In this document: piece after piece, positions 19,415 through 34,486 of the stretch
How the letters are laid out: every line of letters starts with the position of its first letter
Numbering within the stretch: the first letter of the stretch is position 1
Source: Camelus ferus
Taxonomy: Eukaryota
Length of the DNA stretch: 64,000 bases
NCBI RefSeq assembly: GCF_009834535.1
Contig: NC_045697.1
Location: forward strand, 21,950,001-22,014,000
Direction of reading: 5' to 3'
Notes under the pieces: generated by a model
What the model saw: the letters and a program-made list of their open reading frames with translations, nothing else
Told to the model about the DNA's origin: nothing
The model's database searches: none
Made by a program: the position numbers and the translations under genes

Positions 19415-22307
19415 ATCCTAAATTGATCAATAGTTTTAACTTGTTATGTAATCACAGTCTTTTCCAGACCAGTGAGATAGTTGTGAGAGTAAAGGACGGT
19501 GTCTCTTGATCATTGTGTGTGTCTTTCTAAATGCCACTGTGTGTGTTTGCGTGTCCTCCCACACATGTGTATGCAAAGACTTTGAGCAACATTTATAAAT
19601 TATATTGTTTATAAAGACATATTCAAGAGATTTATTTTGTATTTATCACAGCCTCTGCCAAAGGTTGATTTTTCCTTAATCAAGAAATACTGAACAAAAT
19701 ATCTGTAGACTTTCCAAGGGATTGTTTGTTTGTTTTTTAAATTCCTTAAGAAAATTTAGAAACTTTCAGTTAGATTCACTGAAGTCACTGTGGTCATATT
19801 CAGAAGGAATATGTTTTTGTGGACTACATTCATCTGAAGGCTATTCTATTTAATGTCAGAGAACATAAATGCAAGAGGCTTCTGAGAATTCAGCATGTGA
19901 CATACTGAGAAAGCAAGTAGCCGGATTTTAGTTGTGTAAGTAGCGATTTGCTAGGTAAGTCAGGGAATTCTCTGTATGGTCCCTCTAACTCTCTCTGTTT
20001 GTATATTTGTGTTTCTGTTTGTTATGTTGTATGTGTTTACGTGCCTAAAAATAAGTGTTCCACTTGTAAACTTTGATAATTGTATAATATATTTATCATA
20101 TCATCTGCCCAATTAAAGTTTTCCCCAAGTTTTGAAATACTGACCAAGAATGCCAGATTCTTGAGAAAATTTTGGTGAATTATTGTTAACAGAAAAGCAC
20201 TTTCAGAAAAATAAATAAATATTGGAACAACATTAAAATACGGAGTGACAGGAAAGGCACGCGAACCCATGAACGTCACTAATGCATGCATTTCAGACCT
20301 TTTATTTTAGTAGCCATTGATTTAATTCTGCAAAAAGGAAATTTTCAGAAGTATCACTGAGACTATAGTGAAATTCCTGAATAAAACCTAATGATCATCA
20401 ACCTCTCATTTCGTTTTGAGCACAAGGACCAGTGTGAGAAACTGGTGAAGAGAATTCTTACTGCTTTTAGCTTCTTGGAAATGTCATGTTTCCTCATTTT
20501 AACTAGTAAACTTCTTCAGATATGCTGAAAGTGTAAATCCTCTAACAAATCACGTCAACTCCAAAACAAATTATAGACCAAAAAAAAGGCCAGAATTTTG
20601 GGGATAACCTAAAATGTGTAATCACATGGAGGGGATATTTATGAATATCTTCACAAAGAAGAACATTATAAGGCAGAATTATGCAAACTTGGTTTGCAAC
20701 ACACTATTGGGACATGAATCAATTTGTGAATTTCTACCACAATTAGAAAGATACAAAATAAAGCCAAAAATTTTCAAGGATTCCATCCATATAGTAAGAG
20801 TAAATATTGTCTTGGGAGATCTTTATTTCAGTTGTGTTTGTATGCCTGTGTGTCTTTGGCTTTTGGTTGCTTCATAAAAAAATGTGTCTTATTGTGGAAG
20901 CAGCTGAAAAGTATTGCGAACCACCACTCTAGACTGTTTGGGGTGGGAAACAGTGGCTATTTACAGTTATGACTGGAAAAACATAATAAATCAAAACAAA
21001 AGAATTACTAACGCTCCCCAGAATGTTAGTGTGTTATTAAACTGAATCAGAACAATCAACAGCAGTGAGCTTTTGAGAAGTCCATTATCATTCCTCCTTT
21101 TTTTTTTTTTTTTAATCTCTGAAGATGTCGCCCTTGGTTCCTATCCGTGCACAGACATTTCTCCCCCAAACCCCTGCTCCCAGTTGTCATCCCCACCTCA
21201 GGTCTCCTGACCAGGCTCCTTTTCAGTTACTGGAATTTACCATTTAGGGTGGTGCCTGCGGACAGGTGGAGGCAGACTCAGAGCCAACCATCCAATACCC
21301 TGTATATTTTAGCATTTGGACATTTTCTTTTAAACGTCAGGACAATACTTCATTCTACTCTATAAACTCTAAAGAGAAATATGAGCATGTTAGAGACTAG
21401 TTTAAATAAAGTTTATTTCTTTTAACACATCTCATATCAGCTGGTACTGGGTATGAAAAGAAAAATGAGATTGAGTCTTTGTCCTCATGGAATTAATATA
21501 TTAAAGAAGATTACAGAGCAGAAAAACGATAGATAATATTGGCATTATGCTTCTTCAGTTTCAAAGCATTGAGTGCATGTTTGCTCCTCAGAACAGTCTG
21601 CAAGGAAAAGCACCATTTCTGAGACAAGGGAGCTGAGGTAATGAACAGCTTTTTCATGGCTCTGGTGGAACTGGCTAAGAACTAACAGGTCTTTGAAGAA
21701 ATAAACCAAATTCAAAAGTACTGACAGCATTTAGGGGAGGTGGTGACATTTGTACTTCTGACTACAGTGTATTTTCAGACTTACCTGGGTAAAATCTTTG
21801 CAAAAGAATTAGAATGGGACTCATTTTTCAAACTTCTTTTGGTCACAAACTGCACTTTCTATTACAAAAAAAAAGTGCTGTGGGTATAATTTAGAGATTG
21901 AATTAATTCACCCAATTTGTAAACAATAGCCTCATATGTGATTAAAAACAAACAAGGCAACCTCAAGAATTGGGTAAATCACTCTAATCCTAACTTTACT
22001 TCTGAGGCTCTCTAGAAAAGCTATCGAGGTCCTTCAGAAGTAATTCCATGTTTGAAATAGCTACCTGGGAATAATTTCTATCTATAACTTTGCAAAACAC
22101 TTTTCTTGGATGTGTATGATTTTTTTAATTCATTTACTTTATAAAGAATAGATTGGCTATGTCTTTAGTATACAGTACAAGGCTTTGTAATTAAAATGAT
22201 GGCTAAAACAAGGCCCTTATCTTCAGCGCAAAAATAATATATACAAGGTAAGGGATACGTGAAGTTCAGGGGAACTATCCCCAAGTTTATCTTGTCCATC
22301 ATGCGAT

Positions 22308-22375
22308 CAGTGCCTACTACAGTGTCCCGCGTACCAGAGACACTCCTAAATATTTGTTGAACAGATGACTGAACA
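22308..22375 (+). mobile_element. L2 3' end fragment
   Basis: cagtgccta...aaatatttgttgaacagatgactgaa. Confidence 0.55.
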
Positions 22376-24029
22376 AAAGGCCTGGGCCTTGGTGCTAGGT
22401 AGCCTGAGAAATCCACCCACGTTGGATCACTGAACTGCGCTGTGGCCACTTTTCTATCCATCTCTGAGAACATCCTAATTGTTATTTTCTTTCCCTGCTG
22501 GGTGGATGTCTCCATGATAAAAGGCTACCTGCTGGGTTGGCTAGAGCCTCTGCCTTCTCTGCGGGGTGTGTGACTCTTGTTTTGGTACCAAATGAGCAAT
22601 TGTCTGATTTCCCCTCTTTGCTTCCTCTGGGTGGTGGTATACACACCAAACCCTTAAAAAAGATAAAGTAAACTAAAGCAAACATGTAAGGAGGCACTGG
22701 TCACACAGTAGATGTGTGATATATTTGAGGGGCTTTGAAAAAAGCGTGCAAATGTATGGGTTTTCAGGATTTTTCTGGCACTCCATTTTTAGGAGAAAAA
22801 CAGATACATGTGTCCCCAAACACACGCATGAGTCTCCGTTTTGTCAACGTGTATCTTCCCGCAGGTAGTAGTATTTCGCTGTGCCAACCCACGCTCACTC
22901 GTAACACATTTTTCCCCCCGTTTCCATTCTCACTGCCCCTGGGGAGCGGTCATCTTTAAAGGTGAGAGTCCAGCACATCTGTAAAGAGAAACATGTACTT
23001 GGCGTACTCGGGAGAGAGGTCTAGAAGAGGGAGTGTGCCCTGACTGGGGAGTGATGAGCAGTGAGGTGGGAGCTGAGAAATGCAACTCGAAAGCACGCCT
23101 TCCAAGCCCCAAATTCTAAGGAGCACCTTTTTTTAAATAGCAAATGACCTCCGGAGGAGTTGGTTCAGTCTTTGGCACACCTGGGTGTAAACCGCTGTAA
23201 GCAGATAACTAGGTCGGCACCTCACAAAGACCAGTAGTTCTTAAGAAATACAGATTTGATGAGGGCCTTAAGGAAGGGTGGTCAACTTTCAGTAGTTTAG
23301 AAGACCGAGAACTCTGTTAAGGCAACGAGTGGCTCGAACTCCAGCTGGGAGTCAGGAGGTAAGGTGAGATTATAACTAAATAAATAAACAAATAAATAAA
23401 GGGGGGGGGACGGGACTCAGTCCTGACAAAAGCCAATGTTTGTGGCCTTGAATTTTGACCCGGGGCCCTGGTGACCGAAGGATGACACTAAACGTCAAGG
23501 CTTCATGTGATTGCAAGATTTAGTGTCAAAAAGCAGTGGATGTTTACTTTCTCCCATTTCTGCCAGGTGTTCTGTTTGGGTTTGGTTTTTGTTTTCAGCC
23601 TGGAATGTATGTCCACCTGCTCTGTCTTCATTCATTTTCTACCCCTGTATTTTTGACAGAAAGAACAGAGAAGGAAAATAGAAGGGAAAAAAAACCACAA
23701 ACTGCATGGCAATAGACTCCCTTTCTCTCTACTATTATTATTAGACTGCTGGAATCAAAGCTGTTGCCACATTACTGCCGTGGAGCTGTTTCTTATCCTA
23801 ATTTACTTTGTTCTCAGAAATTGAGTTCTAGTAGGTCTGTACTGTATCCCAGAAACCTGCATTTTTGACATTTTCACTTTCTCTATTCTGATTGCAGAGG
23901 GTAGGTCAGGCTACAAAAAACGTGAGGTTTAGAGCCCCTGAAATCCCTAACTTCTGCTTCCTGGCTCACTCTTCGACAGCCTCTGGGAAGTAGGAAACTA
24001 AAGCTGGATGAGGTAACAGGAAAGTCTGC

Positions 24030-24200
24030 TTTCTTGTCCTGGCTCTGTCACTGACTGGCCAGTGTGACCTTATGTAAGTCCTCTGAAGTCCCCAAGCCTC
24101 TCAAACTCATCCTCTGTCATTTTACATAATAACCGCTGCTCTGATTACATGACAGGGTTCATGAGAGCCACATAAAACGTGTGGGGCTTGTCAAAACGCT
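24030..24200 (+). mobile_element. MIR fragment
   Basis: tcctggctctgtcactgactggccagtgtgacctt...aagtc. Confidence 0.6.
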
Positions 24201-25063
24201 ACCGCAACTTAAGATAATATTTCTAGTTATCAAGAAATTTCTCTAAGCCCTTCTTAAAGTGCATTTACACTTTTGGGGTATTTTCACTATGATGTTAAAA
24301 AGTTATTTTGGTTTTGGTTTTGGTTTTTGTTTGTTTGGTCACAATGTACTTGTTTGGAGCCCTGACGTTCTCTAATCCTGGCTGATTTCTCCAGGGTTAC
24401 ACTGATCCTGCTCAAGGTGCAGCCAGTGCGTGTGCCTCTCTGTCTGCCGGAAGGCACTGGGTTTGGTCACAAATCATTTCAGTGCCTGTGGCATCTCGAC
24501 GGTGAAAGAGAAGCAATAGCTTGTTGCTGTAAAACAAGGAGTTTAGGAAAGGCTCACAATAGTTTGTATCCATTTTGATACTTAAAATTTTTTTTCATTA
24601 CTTTTTAAGAGTGCTTTATTCTTCTGCGCATTATCTCCTGGGAGGTTTTCTTTCACTCCTCATGCCAGCCTGTAACGTTAAGAGCTGTCATTTATTTGAG
24701 CTCTAAGTCTGTGCGGTCACTCTGCCACGGGGTCTGTCACACGCATGCATTTCCTCCTCCTAACGACTCCAGGAGGCGGGGCCTGCTCTTTTCTCCATGT
24801 GACATATGTAACTGGGAAAAAAACAAACAGAAGCTCTTAGGTCCCTTCTTCTCTACCTAAAACAGGGGGCCTTAATTTACCTGCAGTCAACTTTCCTCCA
24901 ACCTATTTCTCTCTTTGAATTTGAGAATTATTATTAGCATAATAGTCCTGATCAATGTTTGTATTATGCACAGATTTACGTATTCATATATTTAGGCATT
25001 TGTACGCAGTTTGCTCTAGTGCACAATCCCTGCTATGTCTCCTGAGCAGGCTGAGAAGAGAGT

Positions 25064-25375
25064 CTGTGATAGTCACAAGGACTGTGGTAACAAAATACCA
25101 AAATACTGTGTGGCTTAAACAATAGAAATTTCTTTTTTTCACAGGTCTGGAGGCTAGAAGTCTCAGATCAAGGTGCCAGCACATTTGCAGAGAGAGAGAG
25201 CTCTGATGTCCCTTTCTCTTCTTCTAAGGACACCAGTGCTATCAGATTAGGGCCCTACCCTCTGATACCATCTAACCATAATTAGCCCCATAAAGACTCT
25301 AACTCCAAGTAAGTCACTTTGGAGTTTGGGGCTTCAACAAGTGAATTCCCAGGAGATACAGTTCATTCCGTAACA
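25064..25375 (-). mobile_element. ERVL-MaLR solo LTR (MLT1A/B-like)
   Basis: Typical motifs: gtaacaaaatacc...ggcttaaacaatagaaatt...ctggaggctagaagtc...gatcaaggtgccagca...gattagggccctaccct...ggcttcaaca...ccgtaaca. Confidence 0.8.
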
Positions 25376-27970
25376 GAATCCTTTCTTGGTCCGAGCAAGA
25401 ACTTGTTGGACCAGATCATCATTTCTTCATGAGTTTGTCATTTACCACATACGGTCTGTACTTTCATAGGAAGGAAGGTACACTTCCCATTTTATGAGGA
25501 CCTTTTCAACCCTTTTCAGATCAGCCTCAAAAGACGTGCAGCCAGATAGATGTGTTTTGGCATTGATGGAAAATTGGTACAATAGCTATAGCTTTTGTGA
25601 AATAATATGAATCTATAACATGTAGGCATGTGCATAAAATTTGAAATTCATGTTTTAGCTTATGTGTAACATTTTATGCACATCATTGAATGCTTTCTAC
25701 AGTTTTCAGCTTTCACAGGGATGTGTGACATTAAATAACATCTTAATTATTTTAATTTTGCCAACTGATAAGTTCATGTAGGTATATTAATTAATATAAA
25801 ATCAATATTTGTATAAAAGAGTCCAAAAATTGTTCCACAAATGTAACAGAGTTCTTTTTAAATGATGATGTTTATATTTAGTTTTAAATGTCTGGTATAT
25901 TTTCAGCATTAAAGTCCGAATGAAAAGCAGTAGGAGTTGAGTGGGGAGGGAATCAGTTGAAACAGTAATAAGGTAGGCTTAATAATCCCTCTTTTCAAAG
26001 GACAGTCTCAGTGGATTTGCAGGCATAGTGGCATAATTGGTCTGACAACGATCCAGTGGGTATGATTTCTCATGGCATATGGAAACTGCCAAGCATGTAA
26101 CCGAGGCTAGTCCCACGCTCTGAGTGACTCTCCACCAGCTATTATTATGTGTGCATGCAACACTTTGCATCATGACGCAAACCCATGGACACATCAAGGG
26201 TTTTTTTTTTTTTTTACACTGTGCCTTTTAATTTTCTTAGTTAAAAATTCATGTGATGAAATACATAATGAGTAGCCTGGGAACTATATATGCATAAAGC
26301 AATGATTTTTTTAGGGGGATAATACATCAACATCAGGAGGAGGGACTCCTTTTCTGTCCTTTGGTCAGAATTTCTAACGTCTGAACAGACCTTTCCTAAG
26401 AACTACCTTTCTGAGCTTCCTGAGCTAATTTTACATTTGACCCCCTATATTAAAAATGGCAAGTTAATCAGTTCTTTTGTTCAGGGAAATGGCAATAATT
26501 ATGGCATAAATTTAAAGGATTTTTTAAAAACTGCATCTAAATTCTAAATCTGTTTTTCAGTGTATTTAACTATTGAGCACAAAGACCAATTTTAGATACA
26601 GAGATGGCATTTCCTTTGGGCGTTAGGAACAAAAGATGGTGATGCCTATTTTTTCCAAACCAATGCACATAGTATTAGGTCAGGAGCATTCAAATTTACA
26701 TTGTTACAAAGACTCCTAGCCTTTCTCTTCAAAGTTTTACCTTTAATAAGAAACGTGTATGTGTAATTATGTAGATGTATATACGTATAATATATATATG
26801 TATGTATATATACATTCACATACACAATACACACACAGAGGTAATACAGTAACATTTCAGAGAGCAAATACTTAATATTGTATGCCAATTACATGATTAT
26901 ATGCAAGGCAATGTTTTGGAGACTGGAGAAAGCAATAATAAAAACAAACATTTCTCCTCCTGCAGAGATTCATTTTTAGTGGGATAATACTTAAATAATA
27001 GATAAACTTACAATGCACACTATATACTATGCAGTGGTCAACATATTTTACATGTGTTAACTTACTATGTAGATACAACAGCCCTAGGAAGAATGCCTAT
27101 GATTGTCTTCATTCTGTAGTTGAGAAAAATGACAGGCGGTGGAGTCGAGTAACTTGCTCATGGTCTCACAATTTATAAAGCGGCAGAGGCCAGTCTCCAC
27201 CACCATGCACATGCGGAGTAGAGGAAACAGATCTATTTTATAGCTAACTAGTTCTATGAGAATGAAATTGAATTCACTGATTTCTCTTGAAGGCTTTGGT
27301 GATATTTCAACCTTCCTATTTTAATACCTTTTACTATGTTCTTGAAATTAGGTCAGTCAGTCCAATTTTATTTAATACTACCATCTTAAACCTTAATCAA
27401 AGTGCAAATCAAAAAATGGGAAGACAGATATTAGACCAGTAGGCCCTCCTCCCCTCCTTCCCTCTACCCATTCTGTGCTTGGGGAACACCTCATAAATGT
27501 ATTTTCCTTTTTTTGTCATTTAATTTTAATATTCTTCATTTCATTCAGTATTCACATAGTCTATTGTGTATGTTATTCATACAACTAGGAATAAAATGTA
27601 CTCATTAACTTTTGTGAATTGCCATTTGATTTAGGACAGGACATGCCTTTATATAGAGAATAAATTTTTCATTAGAAGATTCTTAAAACATACATTTTGC
27701 TTACCTTTTACTAAAAAGAAAAGTCATCTTTTATCTTTCCCTTAAGCATTCACATTTGAAAGAAAACAAACTAAAAATGAATTCTTTGTAAGAGATTTCC
27801 TGTACATATTCTGGTTTTCTTTAAATTGGGTGCTCATTATTAAACATTCAATTAAAATATGACCTATATATAGTTTTTTTCTTAAAATACATTATTTTAT
27901 ATTCTTAAAATATATATATATTATCATGTTTGCTATTTCTTTGTTTAAACTGTGTGTTTAGATAGATATC

Positions 27971-28017
<47 letters not shown>
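27971..28017 (+). repeat. (GATA)n tetranucleotide microsatellite, about 11 units
   Basis: Read directly from the sequence. Confidence 0.95.
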
Positions 28018-31000
28018 TGTATATTTCTTTATGAGACACGTTTTCAATCACCTAAAATTCAGGTGCGTACCAGTGAAGCCCATCTGAAGTTGAGTCTTTA
28101 TGACGATAATGATATACCCATTTTTGCTATGACTGTGTCTTCCTAATGTGTTAATGATACGTTTTTAAATATAGGATATTTATTCAATTGGCAGATGTCC
28201 CAAAATGTGAATCTTTGTAGTATAACTTTGGGTTCAGTAATATAATATCCCTATACACTTGTCATCTGGGTTGATCTTAGTGTTACTGGAATGATTTTAA
28301 ATTTTTCAATCTTCAGAATTAGTGAATCAAATTTTTGAGGCTGTTGTTTCCACAGTCCACTTAATAATTTGTGGAATTTTGTTTCCTTAACAATAAGCAT
28401 TAAAAATGTCACCAGCTTTGCAGTCATATTCTATTAATAGAAAGAAAGCATGATAAACTGGTAAGAAGCCCGACTAATAACCCCCTCCAGGCCTCACTTG
28501 AATTCTTACAAAGCCCACAGATCACCTCGTTACCATTTGGTTAAAAGTTTAACTTTCATTTGGAAACAACCAATTTAAAGCCAAAGGACTCTGGAAATTA
28601 ATCAGCGTTAGTTACTGGACTACTACGTTTGAACATCATACATGCAGTCTGAAATTACCAGATCATTAGAGCATGAGCAAAGTAAGGGATGGAACAATTT
28701 GGTTTGAGCTGGAAAGCTCATTCAAATTTGGTGTCTGAAAATGGACAATTAGTTATGCGTCTCTAAACTTCAATGTAGACATTGGTACACTTTCAGAAAG
28801 AGAAAAAGAGGAGAAAAGACAAAGATTGCCATGTGTCGGGCATAACCACATTGTCAGGACCTGATGACGTCCACAATTCAGCCTGTATGTGTTATTATCA
28901 TGCTAGCAAAATGTTTCCTGGATACACCTTGTGAGAGTTTTGGTTTTTTTTTAAATCCACTTAGACAAGTGGGAATTGTTTTCAGTCCCCAGCAATAAAT
29001 AGTATGAATAACTACTTTACACAGTAAGCAAGTAATAAAAGTGCATGCTCATGTGTTATTGAGAATTCACCACTCTTAACTTCGAACTTTTTGATTGCTC
29101 TTTTGTAAAACAAGAACAGTTGTTGCCAGAGCACAAGGCAGAAACTCCTAATGGAAACCATGCATTTACAATCGTGTAACTGCTCTGTTTAGCCTGAGAA
29201 GAGTTTCAGTGAAGAATCTGGCTTTACTGTCAGCTTATGCTTTAAAATATCTATAAGGCTGTTTGCTAATCACTAGATGACGTGAACCTTGAGGGACATA
29301 AAGTGCCTGATGTCCCCACTGTGTCACATTACAGTTAACGGGGCAGCGTATGCACATCGTGAAGGAAGGACAGACATGGCTTGTGAATAAAAAATTAATC
29401 TGTAGATAGTAATTTCATGTAGATGTACATGTAGATTTCTGTAATCTACGTGTACAAATGTCTGTATAGGTTTGGTTAGAAATGCTCAGCTCTACATTTC
29501 AGGCTGCAGAGGTGCCATGTGAAGAAAATGAGAGTGATCTGGGTGAAACCCAAACAAAGAAAATCCAGCAGCCCTTCTAGTCCTTAATTACTGTGTCATG
29601 CACACTTGTGCAGTTTATCCTGTGTTCAGAGTTGACCTGTGTGCTGCTTTTCTGATCTCCAGTGTTAGTAAGGACTAAGACAGGGCTGCCACTTGAGCTG
29701 TGAATTTTGTTTTGGTATAAAATAGTAACAGAAAGAAAGAAATTATTCATCTATCAAGCCTATTTCATATGAAAAGACCTTGAAACACAGAAAGATCCTC
29801 ACATCTAAAAGCATGACTTACCACGTAATATGCCTCCGCATTAGTGGGTACAATCCTGGCTGAGAGGCAGATGCAGCTTTTATAAGGTTTATTTTGGTCT
29901 TGATCTCTGATGTTGAACAGATCACTCGGTTTTCCTTTATCTCATTTTCCTAACTTATTCAAAACTCCATGGGAAATGTAAGAAACGAAAAATCAAACAG
30001 AGAAACACTGGATATTGGTGACTGCAATTTCTGTTATAGTAAACAAACTATCTTTAAGGAGGGAGGAGGGAGATTAAGCAAAAATGAAGTAATGATGCCA
30101 TAGCTGAAGATAAGTATTCTCCTAGAAGAATTAGTTTAAAAAAATAAAGAATATTTTGTTACCAAAAATAACAGAGTTGTCATTTTGTTCCTAGCACTCA
30201 TCTGTGGAGGAGAATTGAAGACATATTATTTTATCACTCTGGGTAAAAGCAGAAATGTCTTACTGAAGAAAGGAGAAAAAAGTATGCTTCAGACTAGAGA
30301 GGAAAGTCTCAATTTACAAAAAGGGAAAAATGCAGGGTTTTGCTCAGGTGTCTAAAAAATGTTTGGCTTATTTCTTTTTTATCATTTAAGCTGATTTCTT
30401 GCTGGTCCTTTTTACTGAATAATTGAAATACATGGAGGGTGGGGGAGGAACTTTTTCATCAAAGGCAAAAGATAGTGAAAAATGAAAGTACTGAGGGAAT
30501 AGAGAAAGAAAGTTGTGTCTTTCTGTACTTTCATGATTGCCTACATTTCTCCCTAAACTCATAGTTGAAAAGCTCTGAAAGAAATATCAAGTCCTGAGCA
30601 AACTGCTAGAGAATAAAACATAACATCCTATGCCCCTTCTACCCCCACTCTCACTTTTGCTCTCTCTCACATGCACGCACGCACATACACTCGTGCACAC
30701 ATGCACACACTGCCACAGGCTCAAACTACATTAAGTTTTAACACAGTCATATGTTTATCTTTGCAAACAAACAAACAAAAATCAGTTTAGGGAGCATTGA
30801 AATTTGAGGGGCACGTTGGCATTTTTTGCAAGCTGCCTTCAGAAAAATGATGATTAATCCTCAGATTTCAAGTTGTGGAGGAAGATTGCTAGAATCATGA
30901 CTTCAGCAAAGCGGACATCCTGCCTTTGGCAGTTTCCCTGAAAGGCATCGGATTGGAGGCAGTCTGTGTTTCCCTTGATCCTTCAGCATCCTGTGCAGTG

Positions 31001-31424
31001 GAGTCAGTCTGTGGGAGTCTGAGGTGCTGCTCTTTTCTTTTCCCTGTGGCATCTTGTGAGCTTTTACACTTGCTCTGGCTTCATCTTCCCACCAAGCAGG
31101 CTGAGTTTTCTCACTGTCTCGGAGGAAGTCAGATGTCAGTGAGTACCAAGCAGCCAAGTGATAAGAATATTTTAAATGCTGAATGTTTTTGAAGTTTTCA
31201 GCGTCTCAGCTGGATGGAGAAGGCTATAAAGGACTAACAAATTTGGGATTTTTTTCTCTTAAATCAGCAAGTTTCCAGTATTCCTTGATCATATAATTAA
31301 AAAATTGTAAAAGCAAAGGTAGAGCTCGAAGTTTGCCTAAGAGGTGTCCCCACCCACCTATGTAACTCTGCAGAAGGAGGGACTTTAAAACTTCTAGAAG
31401 CTGCACATCCACATGAGTGTTGTT

Positions 31425-31620
31425 CATTCACTTATTGAACCCCCAATTATTGATGTCTTATCGTGCTGGGTAAAGCAGGAGGTCATAGTCTTGTGGAGGA
31501 GACAGACTTGTAAAGGCGTAATTTTAATGTGATCTTATAATGGCTCTAATGGGAGCTCTGGTACTTTGGGAAGGACTTACTGATTCCTAGGAAGGTTGAT
31601 AATAGACAGTCACTTCACAG
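31425..31620 (-). mobile_element. L2 fragment
   Basis: cattcacttattgaac...tagtcttgtggaggagacagacttgtaaa. Confidence 0.5.
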
Positions 31621-33961
31621 GGAAGTTATAATGCGGCTTTCATTTCTCTCTCCTGCAGCAGTCCTGCATCAGTCTTGCAACTTTGGCCATAGGGAATTGA
31701 CTATTCTCTTGGGAACTGGGTTGGAACCCTACCTTCCTTTACATTTCAACAGGTTTTTGCTTTTGATGCATTTCTAATGGATTTTTCCTTTGATTGTTAA
31801 AATTAGAACCAGTTAATGAGCAATTCAGTGAGCCTCACTGCTTTGTTGTTATCCTATCTTTTTGACCAAAAACTGAACTTACTCACTGTAACTGTTCACT
31901 CTGAATTCTTCACACTTGGCTCTGAATGATTTTAAGTAATTTTCTGATGTCAAACCACCTTCAAATGGCTACTATTACTATCATTGAAGAGATTGAAAGA
32001 AAAGGAACACATGCTGAGAAGCAATTTCCCAAAGAGGAGTCATATAGATGCTTTTAATCGTGGCAACATTGCTGGAATATTTACACCCTCTTGAGGCAAC
32101 TTCTTTGAAAAATACAACAATTCATCTGAGTCATAAGTGATATTTTCCTAAAAACAGTTAGTCACGTAATCTTGTATTTTCACACCTTGTATTTATTTTC
32201 TGCATTGATTATTGAAAGTGTTATAGCCCTAGTAGATAGCCTAAGAAAAATCACAATGATTTTTTTTTCCGTACAATTTCTAATTATTTTAGATGCTTTT
32301 CTTTTTTTTTTTTTTTTTTTTTTGGTGCTCTGTTTTTTTCAGCTGAGCAGCTATCCTGTGTTCTATTAACACTGGTACTTGTTATCAACCGGCTTCCAGA
32401 TAATCCTGCTTAAGTGACTGGTTGATGACAGCTTTTAAGATATTGCCTCTCCAAGTTGTATTCCTATTCATGGAGGATTCTGGAAGAACAAAAGCCCTGA
32501 TGTGAAGCTTTCTAATGAAGGGATTTATATAAGACATTATCCAGAATACAGAGGAAAACATTTGGAGACAAAGCAATCCTAGTTGACTATTCTGTCATTC
32601 TCGGTCCCTTGAGCTCTTAAAGGTGTCACTTCACGGTAGATCTTTGGTTTTGTGTCCAGGTGGCAGTAAAGAGTAAAGCATTCTTTATTTAGTGCCAATG
32701 CCACTCAGGGTCAAATTACTTATTTCATTTTGTATGTATATATACATTTTTTTTCTCAAAAGAGATATTATATTTTAAATCCTAGGGTAAATTTTGGCCT
32801 GGAAACCTCTCACCCTGAGTGATAACAGAGGCTAGTAACTCCCATTTAGGTGATAATTTTTTAAAAATTCAAATTCTAAATTATATTTCTCAAATATATG
32901 TATCTTCTCTAAGTATTAAGTAAGAAGCAGCAGGCAGAGGGTCACTTTTTTTTTTAATGTCCCTGTCAAACCTTGTGGTAAAAAGATCCTGAAAAAAGGT
33001 TATTTATTGGAAGAACATTCAGACTGATTTTTCTGGAAATTAGCTTCAGTTGTAAGGCCTATGGCATGAAGGGAGAGCAGATGGGTAGAAGTTCTAGAGG
33101 GTGTCACCGGGCAGCTAGCCTTGGTTGCAGTCTCTCCCTTTGCATTTTGGTATCTCTGTTTCCTTGTGTTTTTTGCTACCAACTTTTCCAGTCTCCTGAG
33201 ACCTTATTTTCAGTAACTATTCTTGAAATCCAGCCCATTTACTTTCTACAAAATCTTGCAGAATCTCTTGATAATTCTCTCTGGACAATGGTTTAAGCTA
33301 GTACATAAGTTGGGATATTCTATTGAGAGCGTATTTACACTGGTGAATATTAGTGGGTTAATATGCTAATATCACTACCAGCTATTTGTAAAAGCTGGAA
33401 ATTGACTTGATGCAAGAACAGTCCAGCTAGCAATGGTCATTCCAATTGTCTAAGTCTGGCTAATGGAAGATTTTTTTTTCTTTTTCTTCCTTCTTTCCTT
33501 CCTTCTTTCTTTCTCAAGTTTTTAATTGGGTAGAGTCTAGTAAACCATAAATAGATGTTTGAGGACTTAGTCATACTGGTTATTTTTATCACTGGGTCTT
33601 TTATACCACTGTTATCATGGTGAATTCTTCCGTGAATCAGAATAGAGCAGTATAATTAATCATTTGAACAAGATTTATGATGTGTCTTAATCCTTCAAGT
33701 ATTTTAATGCATTTTTGAATTATTCTTCATCATGGCAATTTATATTGTGGTTTTCAAAAAGGTGTTGGCTAAAACCATTTATGTAATGATCAAATGTTTT
33801 AATACCCTTTGCATAGTTAGTGTTGAACTCTGTCTAAGAAAATGGAGGTGTGATGGTACTACACAACTAGGAAGCTTTAATTTATGTCCTAAGGGGTGTT
33901 GGTTAATGCATCTAACCATCATTTTCCATTTTCCAAGGGTCTGCAGGCCTTATTTTAGTCT

Positions 33962-34486
33962 TGAATTAGTTTCCTATTGCTCTTGTACCAAATTATCATG
34001 AACATAGTGACTTAAACAACAATCATTTATTTCTCATACCTCTGATGGTCAGAAGTCAGAAATGGTTCTCCTCTGGCTAGAATCAACGTATTGGCAGGGA
34101 TGTGGGGTTTTTTTGTTTTTTTTGTTTTTTTTTTTTTTTTGGAGAGTTGGGGAAGAATCTATTTTCTTGCCTTTTCCAGTTTCCAGAGACTGCCTGCATT
34201 ATTTGGCTCTCGACTCTTGCATCTTCAAAGCCAGCAATGGTAGGTAGAGTCTTTTTCATACAACCTTCTGGCTCCCTGCTCCTCTCTCTTACACACTGAA
34301 AGGTCTTGTAATTACATTGGACTCATTTGGATAATCCAGGAAAAATCTCCTTATTTTATGATCAATTTATTAGAAATTGATTCCATCTGGACTGTTAATT
34401 CCCTTTGCCATGCAAGGTAACATATTCATAAATGCCCAGAATTACGATGTGGACATCTTTGTAGGGGCATTATTCTGCTCACTACA
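33962..34486 (-). mobile_element. ERVL-MaLR solo LTR (MLT1D-like)
   Basis: Motifs ttagtttcctattgct...gacttaaacaac...ggtcagaagtc...ttgccttttccagtttccagag...catcttcaaagccagcaatg...ggataatccagga...ggggcattattctgctcactaca. Confidence 0.85.
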
